From Bacteroidales bacterium (GTDB taxonomy: Bacteria; Bacteroidota; Bacteroidia; Bacteroidales; VadinHA17): a DNA stretch of 64,000 nt. The stretch covers positions 2,147 to 66,146 of the forward strand of contig JBARBF010000007.1 in NCBI GenBank assembly GCA_049792755.1. Reading direction: 5' to 3'. The notes under the pieces are model-generated. The model was not told the DNA's origin, did not search any database, and was given only the letters and a program-made list of their open reading frames with translations. Of this stretch, positions 1 to 10,451 are shown piece by piece. A program made the position numbers and the translations under genes. Numbering within the stretch: position 1 is the stretch's first letter; each line of letters opens with the position of its first letter.

Positions 1-2492
1 TACCACACGGCATCTCCGTTTGCCGGATCAACCCCGGCATATTGAGCTCCATAGAAAACTCCGATAGGCTGACCTACCATTACAACGTTCATGTAACGTG
101 CACTCCCCTGATCAATAATGGTCTGACCTCCCAGACTGGTAACCTCATTTTTATTTTTTGAAAAATTAATACTGGTGCTCCATGTGAAATTCCCCGTAAG
201 GTTATTAGTATTTAGAACAAACTCAAATCCTTTGTTTTGAACCGATCCGATGTTCTTCATTTGAGTGGCAAACCCTGAAGTAGAAGGAACAGGAACATTT
301 AACAAAAGATCTTTGGTTTTCTTAACGTAGTAATCAATTTCACCCGAAATACGATTTTTTAGAAATCCATAATCTACTCCAAAATCAATTTGTTGTGTAG
401 ATTCCCATCCGAGATCCGGGTTAGGAATCTGTGTTGGTACTAATCCGGATTCACTGTTATAGTGCCCAACACCATAAAGACCCAACTGTCCGAAATTTCC
501 TATACCGGCATTCCCGGTGAGTCCATAGCTGGTTCTGATTTTAAGAAAACTTAGTGCTGTACTGTTAGCCAGAAAATCTTCTTTGGTCAGGACCCATCCC
601 AGTGAAGCAGCTGGAAAGACGCCATACCTGTTGTTTCTTCCAAACCTTGAAGAACCATCAATTCGTCCTGAAAGCATCAGAAGGTATTTAGCTTTGTAAT
701 CAAAGTTAATCCTCGAAAAATAGGAAAGAAAACTGTATTTTGTAAGTGTAGATGTTGCCCCGGTAATTAAACCGGCACTTGCGAGTGTTTTCAGATCATC
801 AAGAGGAAATCCGGTTCCCTGGGCCCATGCATTATCAACTGTAGTATATTGAAATTCAGTACCCAGAACGGCACTTAAACTATAATCACCTAAACTTTTT
901 GATAAATCAAAATACGATTTTGTGGTTATGTTCTGAGTTTGACCATAATTTGCAAAACCATAACCATTTACTCCGGTTCCTTCTTCTGTAAGGTTACCAT
1001 ACCTGGCATTTTCTTTAAGATTGTAAAGATCAAAACCAAATTCATTTCTCCATTTAAGTCCGTCCAATAACTTAAAGGTCAGATATCCATTTGCAATTGA
1101 CCTGTACTCAATAATAATTCTTGATGCATATGCCACATCCAGAAGCGGATTATAATAGGTCGTGGTCGGAGTATTATACAACTGTCCATTCAGATCCCTG
1201 GGAGGGGTTATTGGCGATAAAGCAACCATCTGCATGGGTGTTGTGAATGCATTGTCAGCAGAAACCTGGTTAATCTTGTTCCTGTTAAGGCTTAAAGCAA
1301 ATCCCAGATCAATATAATCATTAGCTTTATTATCGACGTTGAGCCTTGCTGATATCTTTTCTATACCGTTAGATACAAGAATTCCCTGACTGTTATTATA
1401 GGAGAGGCTGGTGAAATACTTTAATTTCTCATTTCCACCCTGTGCTGACATGTCAGCTGAAAATATATGCCCCTTTTGAAAAGCAAGATCCTGCCAGTTT
1501 GTATTGACTTTTGATCCGGTATAATTTCCGGATCCATCCTGAATTGCTGCCCATCCGGAATATCTGGCTAAACGTCCGTTTACAAATTCCAACCAGGAGT
1601 CAGGATAATCTGCAGAATTATTTATAGGATCTTTCCCATCAATCAAATCACTATTATAAGCTGCGTCCTTGAAATATTTCACATATTCTGTTGAATTCAT
1701 GAATTTTCTCTTATTTGAAGCTTCGTTGTAACCCGATTGTATTGTGAAATTTAATTTGGTAGCTCCGCTGATTCCTTTCTTGGTGGTAATAATCACCACA
1801 CCGTTTGCTCCCCTGGAACCATAAATTGCAGATGAAGCCGCATCTTTTAGAATATCAATTGATTCAACATCGTTAAAATTAATTGATGTAAGAGGGTTAA
1901 TAACTGCACCTGACTGGTTTAATGCTTCGGTAGTTATAGGAATACCATCTACAACGAAAAGCGGCTGGTTAGTCGCTGTAATTGAGGATGATCCTCTGAT
2001 CCTCATGTTAGTGGTACCTGTCGATTTTCCATTAACCGATTCAATAAATACACCTGCTGTCTTTCCCTGGAGAGCCTGTTCAACAGTTGGAACAGGAATG
2101 TTTCTGAGTACATCCCCATCTACTTTGGAAATACTCCCGGTAACTTTGGATTTAATCTGAGTACCATAACCAACAACAACAATTTCGTTAACGCCGACAA
2201 GATCATATTCCAGATCTACGTCATAAACATTCGAAGCTCCGACGACTACCTCCTTGATTCTTTTGCCAACAAAGCGGAATTCAAGAGTAGCTCCAAGCGG
2301 AGCACTTATCTGATATTTCCCATCCGGACCAGTGATTACTCCGGTTGAGGTTCCTTTAATAAGTACTGTAGCTCCTGTAATGGGAAGATTATCTTCTTCA
2401 CCTTTGACAGTACCTGAAACCGATTTTTGTTGTGCAGCTGCCGTCAACAAAAAACCAAAGAACAGAAATAATAAAAACAGAAGTTTTCTCAT
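1..2492 (-). CDS. SusC/RagA-family TonB-dependent outer-membrane receptor (partial; C-terminus lies beyond the window start)
   Basis: My own minus-strand translation from the ATG at 2492..2490 gives MRKLLFLLFLFFGFLLTAAAQQKSVSGTVKGEEDNLPITGATVLIKGTSTGVITGPDGKYQI (signal peptide plus carboxypeptidase-regulatory-like domain). It continues ...NEIVVVGYGTQ... and the plug motif DILKDAASSAIYGSRGANGVVIITTKKG. The frame stays open to position 1. It is not in the ORF track because it runs off the window edge. Confidence 0.9.
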   Translation of the reverse strand, partial: MRKLLFLLFLFFGFLLTAAAQQKSVSGTVKGEEDNLPITGATVLIKGTSTGVITGPDGKYQISAPLGATLEFRFVGKRIKEVVVGASNVYDVDLEYDLVGVNEIVVVGYGTQIKSKVTGSISKVDGDVLRNIPVPTVEQALQGKTAGVFIESVNGKSTGTTNMRIRGSSSITATNQPLFVVDGIPITTEALNQSGAVINPLTSINFNDVESIDILKDAASSAIYGSRGANGVVIITTKKGISGATKLNFTIQSGYNEASNKRKFMNSTEYVKYFKDAAYNSDLIDGKDPINNSADYPDSWLEFVNGRLARYSGWAAIQDGSGNYTGSKVNTNWQDLAFQKGHIFSADMSAQGGNEKLKYFTSLSYNNSQGILVSNGIEKISARLNVDNKANDYIDLGFALSLNRNKINQVSADNAFTTPMQMVALSPITPPRDLNGQLYNTPTTTYYNPLLDVAYASRIIIEYRSIANGYLTFKLLDGLKWRNEFGFDLYNLKENARYGNLTEEGTGVNGYGFANYGQTQNITTKSYFDLSKSLGDYSLSAVLGTEFQYTTVDNAWAQGTGFPLDDLKTLASAGLITGATSTLTKYSFLSYFSRINFDYKAKYLLMLSGRIDGSSRFGRNNRYGVFPAASLGWVLTKEDFLANSTALSFLKIRTSYGLTGNAGIGNFGQLGLYGVGHYNSESGLVPTQIPNPDLGWESTQQIDFGVDYGFLKNRISGEIDYYVKKTKDLLLNVPVPSTSGFATQMKNIGSVQNKGFEFVLNTNNLTGNFTWSTSINFSKNKNEVTSLGGQTIIDQGSARYMNVVMVGQPIGVFYGAQYAGVDPANGDAVW

Positions 2493-2763
2493 AACGATTA
2501 TTTTAGGTTTAGTAATAGAGTAATTGAGATTAAATGAATCCTTTTTAATATTAGTAACGTAGGTTAGCGTCACAAAACAAATTTATAATCTTTTAGTTTG
2601 AAATCTAATGTTTTTATTAAAAATAATTGATTTTTTCTTTAAATTCAAAACCCAGAAGCTAAAGCTGATTTTAATTAGTCCCGTTTGTCAGTCTTCTTCC
2701 TATCTTAATTCAATTTTACCTATTTTTGTATCCTTATAGAATCAAATATTTAACTCCCTCCAT

Positions 2764-5700
2764 ATGGCAGGATTTGCACATTTACACGTTCATACTCAAT
2801 ACTCTATACTCGACGGAGCCTCAAATATCGGGTTGCTTATGGACAGGGTAAAAACTCTGGGAATGGATTCTGTTGCCATTACAGATCATGGGAATATGTT
2901 CGGTGTCAAAGAGTTTCACAACAGTGCCACTAAAAAAGGCATAAAACCTATAATAGGATGTGAGATATATGTTGCAAAAAGATCAATCGAAGATGTCTCA
3001 GGAAAAGAAGACCGCTCCGGAGATCATCTTATTCTCCTGGCCAAAAACCTGACAGGTTATAAGAATCTTATCAAACTGGTTTCTATTGCCTGGATCAAAG
3101 GATTTTACTATAAGCCGAGGATCGACAAAGAACTGTTAAAGAAGTATAAGGAGGGACTTATAGCTTCTTCTGCCTGTCTGGCTGGTGAGGTTCAGGATGA
3201 AATACTCAATGGTACGATGTCGGGAGCAGAAACTTCGCTGAAAAGTTATCTTGACATCTTTGGTGAGGATTTTTACCTTGAGATCATGAGGCATGAGACT
3301 TATGATCCTGACGCAGACAGATCAGCTTTTCCCCTTCAACAAAAAGTTATCGAAGCCTTTAAAAAGCTTTCAGTTAAATATAATGTCCGTCTGATCGCAA
3401 CAAATGATGTACATTTTATAAATGCCGAAGATGCTGAAGCCCACGACAGACTGATTTGTATTAATACTGCAAAAGATATCGACGATCCGAACAGATTAAG
3501 ATATTCCAAACAGGAATTTATTAAGAGTGAAGAAGAGATGCGCGCCATATTCAGCGATGTACCTGAAGCCATAGATAATGTTGCGGGACTGGTTTCAAAA
3601 ATTGAAAAGTACAAACTCGACCATGAACCTATAATGCCGGATTTTGACTTGCCGGAAGGTTATACTGATAAGGACGTGTATCTGAAATACCTTACTTACA
3701 AAGGAGCAGAAGAGAGATGGGGAACATTGACCAGCGAACAAACAGTCCGGCTCGATTTTGAGTTGGATACGATTGCCCAAATGGGCTTTCCGGGCTACTT
3801 TCTGATTGTTCAGGATTTCCTTCGTGCTGCAAGAGAAATGGGGGTTTCTGTTGGTCCGGGAAGAGGATCAGCTGCCGGATCTGCAGTTGCATATTGTCTG
3901 AGAATAACAGATATTGATCCTATTAAATACGGACTCCTGTTCGAACGTTTTCTGAATTTCGATCGAATATCAATGCCTGATATTGATATAGATTTCGATG
4001 AAGACGGAAGAGAGGCGGTACTGAGATATGTAGTCGACAAATATGGGCACGAAAAGGTTGCTCACATAATAACTTTTGGGTCGATGGCAGCAAAAATGGC
4101 CATTCGCGATGTTGCACGGGTACAAAAATTGCCATTACAGGATGCAGACAGACTTGCCAAGCTTGTACCTGAAAGACCAGGAATAACGCTTAAAGCAGCT
4201 TACGCGGAAGTACCTGAGCTGGCCAGGGAAAGAGAATCTTCCAATAAACTGATAGCACAGACCCTGAAATATGCCGAGGTTCTTGAAGGTTCCGTCAGGC
4301 AAACCGGGGTACATGCCTGCGGTATAATAATAGGAAAGGATTCTCTTGATAATTATATTCCCCTCTGCACGGCGAAAGATACCGATCTCTATGCTACACA
4401 GTACGATGGAAGCCATGTCGAGTCGGTAGGCCTTCTTAAAATGGATTTTCTTGGTTTAAAAACATTGTCAATAATAAAAGATGCAATAGACAATATTAAA
4501 AAGTCAAAGGGAACAGAGATTGACATTGATACACTTCCTCTTGATGACAAAAAAACTTTTGAATTCTTCAGCAATGGCGAGACCACAGGAATCTTCCAGT
4601 TTGAATCAACAGGAATGAAAAGATATCTGAGAGATCTGGGACCTAACCGGCTGGAAGATTTGATTGCCATGAATGCTCTCTATCGTCCGGGACCAATGGA
4701 ATATATCCCAAAATTTATCAGGAGAAAGAACGGTACTGAAAAGATCGATTACCCTATTCCTGTAATGGAAAAATATCTTGACGATACGTATGGAATAACC
4801 GTTTACCAGGAACAGGTGATGTTGCTGTCGCAGGAACTGGCAGGTTTTTCAAAAGGGGAAGCCGATTCTCTCAGGAAAGCCATGGGGAAGAAGAAACGTT
4901 CCATAATGGATGAAATGAAGCTGAAGTTTCAGGAAGGATGTTCAAAGAAGGGGTATAATGTGGAAATCATTAACAAGATTTGGTCCGACTGGGAAGCCTT
5001 TGCACAATATGCTTTTAATAAATCGCATTCAACATGTTATGCTCTAATAGCTTACCAGACAGGATATCTGAAAGCTAATTATCCCGCAGAATACATGGCA
5101 GCAGTACTCAGCCGGAACATAAGTGATATTAAAAAGATCACAACTTTTATGGATGAGTGCCGGAGAATGGGGATGGAAGTACTCGGGCCGGATGTGAATG
5201 AGAGTAATGTTAAATTCACGGTAAACAAGGATGGAAACATAAGGTTCGGATTGGGAGCAATCAAAGGAGTAGGGGAAAGTGCAGTATTGCAACTTATTGA
5301 AGAAAGGGAGAAGAATGGCTTTTACAAAGATATTTATGACCTGGTTGAGAGAGTGAACCTTAATTCACTTAACAAGAAAAATCTGGAGGCTATAGCCGTT
5401 GCTGGTGGATTCGATTGCTTCCGGAAAATAACGAGGGCACAATATTTCTCCCTCGACACCAAAGGATCGAGCTTTATAGAGAGTCTTATAAGATACGGAA
5501 ACAATTCCAGATCGGTGAAGTCCTCATGTCAGCAATCACTTTTCGGAGAATCCGGCGGATTTGATATGATAAAACCTGAACCGTCTCCTTGTCCCGATTG
5601 GCCCAAGCTTGAAAAACTTAACAGGGAAAAAGAGGTTATCGGTATTTATTTATCATCTCATCCACTTGATGATTTCAAGCTTGAGATCAATACTTTTACC

Positions 5701-6249
5701 ACAGCAACGCTTGCTGATCTCCAAAACCTTCGCGAATACATCGAGCGTGATGTCGTAGTAGCAGGAATAGTGACAGACATAAAAACCGGTATCGGGAAAA
5801 ATGGCAAACCTTATGGTTCTTTTACTTTACAGGATTATTCCGATTCCTTCAGGTTCATGCTGTTTGACAAAGATTATATTGAAAACAGTAAGTTCTTCAT
5901 TGTCGGCTATTATCTTCTGGTAAAAGGAAGAGTACAGAAACGGAAGTTCAAAGAAGAAGAGATTGAATTCAGAATTAAAACAATTAATCTTTTATCAAGT
6001 GTTAAGGATGAACTTATCAAATCAGTCACTTTGAAGATCAACCCTGAGAACATCGATAATGAAATGATTAAGAACCTGAAAAATCTTATAAATGAACATA
6101 AAGGCGAAACGGAGCTTAAGTTTCTTTTCATCGATTCAGATGATAAAATTTCCCTTCCAATGTTTTCCAGGACGTTCCGGATCAGACTAAATAACGAGTT
6201 ACTTTCTTTTCTTGAAGACCACCCGGAAATAGAATTTAAGGTTAATTAG
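2764..6249 (+). CDS. dnaE: DNA polymerase III alpha subunit
   Basis: 1161 aa. N-terminal PHP domain (FAHLHVHTQYSILDGA, AITDHGNMFG), a polymerase core and a C-terminal OB-fold region. Length is typical of DnaE. Confidence 0.95.
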   Translation: MAGFAHLHVHTQYSILDGASNIGLLMDRVKTLGMDSVAITDHGNMFGVKEFHNSATKKGIKPIIGCEIYVAKRSIEDVSGKEDRSGDHLILLAKNLTGYKNLIKLVSIAWIKGFYYKPRIDKELLKKYKEGLIASSACLAGEVQDEILNGTMSGAETSLKSYLDIFGEDFYLEIMRHETYDPDADRSAFPLQQKVIEAFKKLSVKYNVRLIATNDVHFINAEDAEAHDRLICINTAKDIDDPNRLRYSKQEFIKSEEEMRAIFSDVPEAIDNVAGLVSKIEKYKLDHEPIMPDFDLPEGYTDKDVYLKYLTYKGAEERWGTLTSEQTVRLDFELDTIAQMGFPGYFLIVQDFLRAAREMGVSVGPGRGSAAGSAVAYCLRITDIDPIKYGLLFERFLNFDRISMPDIDIDFDEDGREAVLRYVVDKYGHEKVAHIITFGSMAAKMAIRDVARVQKLPLQDADRLAKLVPERPGITLKAAYAEVPELARERESSNKLIAQTLKYAEVLEGSVRQTGVHACGIIIGKDSLDNYIPLCTAKDTDLYATQYDGSHVESVGLLKMDFLGLKTLSIIKDAIDNIKKSKGTEIDIDTLPLDDKKTFEFFSNGETTGIFQFESTGMKRYLRDLGPNRLEDLIAMNALYRPGPMEYIPKFIRRKNGTEKIDYPIPVMEKYLDDTYGITVYQEQVMLLSQELAGFSKGEADSLRKAMGKKKRSIMDEMKLKFQEGCSKKGYNVEIINKIWSDWEAFAQYAFNKSHSTCYALIAYQTGYLKANYPAEYMAAVLSRNISDIKKITTFMDECRRMGMEVLGPDVNESNVKFTVNKDGNIRFGLGAIKGVGESAVLQLIEEREKNGFYKDIYDLVERVNLNSLNKKNLEAIAVAGGFDCFRKITRAQYFSLDTKGSSFIESLIRYGNNSRSVKSSCQQSLFGESGGFDMIKPEPSPCPDWPKLEKLNREKEVIGIYLSSHPLDDFKLEINTFTTATLADLQNLREYIERDVVVAGIVTDIKTGIGKNGKPYGSFTLQDYSDSFRFMLFDKDYIENSKFFIVGYYLLVKGRVQKRKFKEEEIEFRIKTINLLSSVKDELIKSVTLKINPENIDNEMIKNLKNLINEHKGETELKFLFIDSDDKISLPMFSRTFRIRLNNELLSFLEDHPEIEFKVN

Positions 6250-6298
6250 CTATCTTTACAACGGATTTTAATGTTAGATTTTTAAAATATTAATTATT

Positions 6299-6616
6299 AT
6301 GGAATTAGAAGTAAATGATGGAAACTTCGACGAAATTGTTATCAACTCAGACAAACCTGTTGTTGTGGATTTCTGGGCTGAATGGTGCGGACCTTGCAGG
6401 ATGGTTGCTCCAATCATGGAAGAGATCTCACAAGAATATGAAGGGAAAGCTGTTGTGGTAAAGTGCGATGTAGACAGCAGTCCTGAAGTTGCTGCAAAGT
6501 ATAGTATCAGGAATATCCCTACCATCCTGTTTTTTAAGGATGGGAAAATAGTTGACAAACAGGTCGGGGCAGTTCCAAAGAAGAACTTTGTAGTAAAATT
6601 AAATTCTCTTATTTAA
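6299..6616 (+). CDS. trxA: thioredoxin
   Basis: 105 aa with the canonical WCGPC active site (FWAEWCGPCRMVAP). Confidence 0.95.
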   Translation: MELEVNDGNFDEIVINSDKPVVVDFWAEWCGPCRMVAPIMEEISQEYEGKAVVVKCDVDSSPEVAAKYSIRNIPTILFFKDGKIVDKQVGAVPKKNFVVKLNSLI

Positions 6617-6637
6617 AATATATAAATTATTTAATCT

Positions 6638-6668
6638 GGCCGTTCGGATTATCTCAAACGGCCTTTTT
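6638..6668 (+). terminator. rho-independent terminator after trxA
   Basis: GGCCGTT (6638-6644) and AACGGCC (6657-6663) form a stem, followed by TTTTT. Confidence 0.7.
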
Positions 6669-6679
6669 AATTATCTTCC

Positions 6680-7255
6680 ATGACAGTTTGTGTGTTTGCC
6701 TCATCGAGCAGCCGTATAGACCATGGTTATGCAACTGCTGCTTCCAGTCTTGGAATGCTTCTTGCAGGAGCCAAAATGGATGTTGTTTACGGAGGTGGTG
6801 GTATTGGCCTGATGGGTAGGCTTGCTGATGCGGTTCTTGAAAACGGAGGCAGGATAACCGGGGTAATTCCGTCGTTCATGAAAGATGAAGGATGGGATCA
6901 TCCTTCAGTAAGCGAAATGATAATCACCTCCGATATGGGAGAAAGGAAAAAACGAATGTTCGCCATGGCAGATGCTATAGTTGCATTACCCGGAGGAGTT
7001 GGTACTCTTGAAGAATTAACAGAGGCGTTGACATTAAAACAACTTGGACTCTTCAGGGGCCCTGTCATTTTATTGAATACCCTGAATTTTTATAAATCTT
7101 TTATTGAATTTCTTGAACATATGGTTTCAGGTCATTTTCTCAGGCATGAACATAAAGGGATGTGGGAAATAGCCTCTAGTGCTGAGGAAGTCATTCAACT
7201 ACTGGGGAAAATGGAGGGTTGGCTCCAGGATCCGCGAAGTATTGCCAGAATCTAA
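6680..7255 (+). CDS. LOG-family (TIGR00730-type) Rossmann-fold nucleotide-binding protein
   Basis: 191 aa with VYGGGGIGLMG and the PGGVGTLEE motif typical of LOG / lysine-decarboxylase-like proteins. Confidence 0.8.
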   Translation: MTVCVFASSSSRIDHGYATAASSLGMLLAGAKMDVVYGGGGIGLMGRLADAVLENGGRITGVIPSFMKDEGWDHPSVSEMIITSDMGERKKRMFAMADAIVALPGGVGTLEELTEALTLKQLGLFRGPVILLNTLNFYKSFIEFLEHMVSGHFLRHEHKGMWEIASSAEEVIQLLGKMEGWLQDPRSIARI

Positions 7256-10200
7256 TATTCAGGAATTTTTGTACCCACAAACAGAATATCATCTACCTGC
7301 TCAAGATCACCTTTCCATGCAAGTATCTCCTTTTCAAGTCTCTCTTTTTGTTCGTTTACAGGAAGATTCCATATCTCAGACAGGATTTTTTTAACATTGG
7401 CCGAATTATATTTCTTTCCGGAAAGAGATCCAAACTGATCGGCATAACCGTCGGAACACATATATAACATATCTCCGGGCTGAATATCAACAGGCTGATT
7501 TGTAAAGTTCTTCCTCTCAGCAATAGATGCCATACCAATTTCGTATCTGTCACCCCTGTAAAGAAATACTTCTCCTTTTCTGACAACATACAACGGATTG
7601 AATGCTCCCGCGAATTCAAGTGTAAAATTCTTCTTATTGAATGCTATAAGTGCAAGATCCATTCCGTCGGTTATTGCTTTTTCATGACGTTGCATAAGAG
7701 CCTTTATAACCTCATTATTAAGCTGGTCAACAATTGCAGATGGACGTGTTAATCCATACTCCCTTACAACTTTATTCAGGGAGTTATGGCCTATAATAGA
7801 CATAAATGCTCCGGGAACACCATGTCCTGTGCAATCTACTACAGCGATGAACTGCCAGTCACCATTATCATACATCCAGTAAAAGTCTCCGCTCACGATG
7901 TCTTTTGGCATGAAGAGAACAAATGTTTCCTTAAATGTATCTTCCTTTGGAAGCATCGCCCTCTGAATGCGCTCTGCATATCTGATACTTGAGGTTATGT
8001 CTCTGTTTTTCTCTTCAATTTCCATACTTTTCTGAACAACCTCAGCTGTCCTCTCTTTAACTTTTACTTCAAGAATTATCTTCTCTCTTATCAGGTTTTG
8101 TTCCCTGATTTTAATATATATTATAACAATTACTACAACTGTGACGACAGATAAAAGGATAAACCACCAGGTCAGATAAAAAGGCGGTAATATCACGAAA
8201 TGAAAGGAAACAGGTTTACTGTTCCAGATTCCCTGACTGTTGCAGGCTATTACATTGAATGTGTATTTTCCCGGAGCCAGCGCAGAATAAATTGCCCTAG
8301 TCTGATCTGTTACCGGTTGCCAGTTTTCATCTGCCCCGTCAAGTTTCACCCTGTATTTAACAACATCGGGATTCGTAAGACATATGCTATAGTAGTTGAA
8401 TAAAACATGTTTCTCATTATAGTTTAATTTCAGACCGGGGGTCATTTCCCTTGTTTCATAGTTTACCTGTATGTTCATAATATGCGTCAGAGGCTCAAGG
8501 CTTTTGTTTGAAGTTTCAAAAGGATTCAGATGTGTGGCACCGTTAGCAGTGCCAAACCAGAGGTCTCCGGAAGAGCTTTTACAAACAGCATTTGTCATGG
8601 TTTCAATCCCGGTGAATCCGTTTCTTTCAGTATAAGAAGATATTCTTTTGCTATCAGGGAAATACCTGTTCAGCCCATTATTTGTGCCTATATAAATACT
8701 TCCATCTTCCCCTACAGTAAGTAAATTTATATTATTTGAAAGAAGTCCGTCATTCTGTGTGATACTCAGGACGATGGAATCATTCCTGAATGCTTTCAAC
8801 CCCTCACTTGTGCCAATCCAAAGAACACCTTTTGCATCCATAACCATTGTCTTGGGTATTAGCCCCGCCAGAGCAGGGACCCTTTTAAAGTTCTTTTTAG
8901 AGGAACTATACTTAATAAGACCCGGTTTCTCTCCCATTCTTTCAGTTCCAATCCACATATCTCCATTAAGATCACAATAAAGAGAACTGATTCCAAAGAC
9001 TGTTAAACTGTCAAGATTTGTGCTTCTGTAAAAATTCTGCTGATTAATAGTGCCAACGGCAACACCTTCGCTGGTCCCAATCCAAAGATTATTCCTGCGG
9101 TCAATTTCAAGTGCCTTTATCTTGTTATCGTGATACAGTTTTGAATTAATGTATGGCTGTGCTTCAAATTTAGAGGTTTTCATATTAAAGAATAATACTC
9201 CCCCCTCATTAGTACCTATCCACAAATTGCCATCTTTGTCCTCCCTGAAAAACCTGATTTCCTGTGGAATTGCATCATTCAACTGATTATAAATCACAGC
9301 TTTATTTCCCGAATCAGGATTATACCTTGAAATGCCGGCATTTGTTCCAAACCATAAGGCCCCTGTTTTATCGAGGTAGATTGCATTTACGTTCGGATCG
9401 GGAAGGATTTCTTTTTCATTGATTGTTTCAAACGTATCTCCTTTAAATATTGTAAGTCCGTTATCCTGATCAGCAATAAGAATATTACCTTCAACATCTT
9501 CTATAATATCATAAATTTTTGAAGCTTTCAGCCCATTGCCAGAATCAAACTTCCGCATGTTGTTACCTTCAAAAACTGCGATTCCTCCCCCGAAAGTTCC
9601 AGCCCAGATACCCCCTTTGCTGTCCTCAGTCAGACATGATACCGTGTTACTTGTCATTCCTGCTTTCGGGAGGTCAATCACCTCCATCCTGCTTTCTGAC
9701 ATAACGTATTTATATAGCCCGCCTTTGTCAGTTCCGAACCATAAATTCCCTTTTGTATCCTCAAGCATACAATTTGTGCCAAAGTAGGTGGTCATATGTG
9801 GCATCCTGTAATTTTCGAACTTGTTTTCACCAGAATTGTACTTTCTCAAACCAACGTCGGCTATGCAGATGAATGATCCGTTCCTCTCTAATTTAGATCC
9901 ATAAATCTGGTCGCTTAAACCTGCCTTACCCCTTAATTGTCTGGCTTTTATATGCTTAATGTCCTTAACAGGAAAATCAGCCTGAATAGCGCCGTCATTT
10001 GCAGAAGTAAACCAGAGTTTATCTTTAATCTGAACAATACTTGTGATACCTCCGGTAATTTTAATTGAATCGAACGCTGCCCGTTCAAAGATATTGCCAT
10101 TGTATCGTGAGATTCCGCCGGGATTCAAATGACCAAACCAGATATTGCCCAATGTATCTTCAAAAATAGCCTGTACACCACCTAATGCCAGACTGTCGCC

Positions 10201-10443
10201 TGAAGTGAAATTTTTAAAATTTTTCCCGTCAAAACGTGAGAGGCCATTTGCTGTTCCAAGCCAGATATAATCTTTTGAATCCTGAAAAAGAGTATATACT
10301 TTCTGTTCACTTAAACCCTGTTTAATACCATAATTGTCAAAAAAATATTTCTGAGCTGAAAGCTGTAAAAAATTAAGAGGTAAAAAAAGAAAAAGCCAGA
10401 CAACAAATTTTGTCTGGCGCTCTATGAAGTTAATGGCTGACAT
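7252..10443 (-). CDS. transmembrane sensor: periplasmic two-component-regulator beta-propeller repeats plus Y_Y_Y-like domain, one TM helix, cytoplasmic PP2C/SpoIIE phosphatase
   Basis: 1063 aa. Signal peptide, then many repeats of the type G..W.GT..GL..(Y/F). TM segment WWFILLSVVTVVVIVIIYI and a coiled coil. C-terminal SpoIIE-like block (VSGDFYW...VVDCTGHGVPGAFMS...DGMDLAL...SDGYADQFG). Confidence 0.85.
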   Translation of the reverse strand: MSAINFIERQTKFVVWLFLFLPLNFLQLSAQKYFFDNYGIKQGLSEQKVYTLFQDSKDYIWLGTANGLSRFDGKNFKNFTSGDSLALGGVQAIFEDTLGNIWFGHLNPGGISRYNGNIFERAAFDSIKITGGITSIVQIKDKLWFTSANDGAIQADFPVKDIKHIKARQLRGKAGLSDQIYGSKLERNGSFICIADVGLRKYNSGENKFENYRMPHMTTYFGTNCMLEDTKGNLWFGTDKGGLYKYVMSESRMEVIDLPKAGMTSNTVSCLTEDSKGGIWAGTFGGGIAVFEGNNMRKFDSGNGLKASKIYDIIEDVEGNILIADQDNGLTIFKGDTFETINEKEILPDPNVNAIYLDKTGALWFGTNAGISRYNPDSGNKAVIYNQLNDAIPQEIRFFREDKDGNLWIGTNEGGVLFFNMKTSKFEAQPYINSKLYHDNKIKALEIDRRNNLWIGTSEGVAVGTINQQNFYRSTNLDSLTVFGISSLYCDLNGDMWIGTERMGEKPGLIKYSSSKKNFKRVPALAGLIPKTMVMDAKGVLWIGTSEGLKAFRNDSIVLSITQNDGLLSNNINLLTVGEDGSIYIGTNNGLNRYFPDSKRISSYTERNGFTGIETMTNAVCKSSSGDLWFGTANGATHLNPFETSNKSLEPLTHIMNIQVNYETREMTPGLKLNYNEKHVLFNYYSICLTNPDVVKYRVKLDGADENWQPVTDQTRAIYSALAPGKYTFNVIACNSQGIWNSKPVSFHFVILPPFYLTWWFILLSVVTVVVIVIIYIKIREQNLIREKIILEVKVKERTAEVVQKSMEIEEKNRDITSSIRYAERIQRAMLPKEDTFKETFVLFMPKDIVSGDFYWMYDNGDWQFIAVVDCTGHGVPGAFMSIIGHNSLNKVVREYGLTRPSAIVDQLNNEVIKALMQRHEKAITDGMDLALIAFNKKNFTLEFAGAFNPLYVVRKGEVFLYRGDRYEIGMASIAERKNFTNQPVDIQPGDMLYMCSDGYADQFGSLSGKKYNSANVKKILSEIWNLPVNEQKERLEKEILAWKGDLEQVDDILFVGTKIPEY

Positions 10444-10451
10444 ATAAGTAC

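Noticed and set aside
2332-2523. 63-aa plus-strand ORF from the track
   Set aside because: It lies antisense over the 5' end (signal peptide and N-terminal domain) of the well-supported SusC-like gene on the minus strand. Its low-complexity translation suggests no protein family to me.
3336-6131. A series of 60 to 95-aa minus-strand ORFs inside dnaE, with similar antisense ORFs inside mutB, mutA, prfB, mgtA, the M1 peptidase and other long genes
   Set aside because: All are embedded antisense in long, confidently identified genes and have no recognisable motifs. They are typical shadow ORFs.
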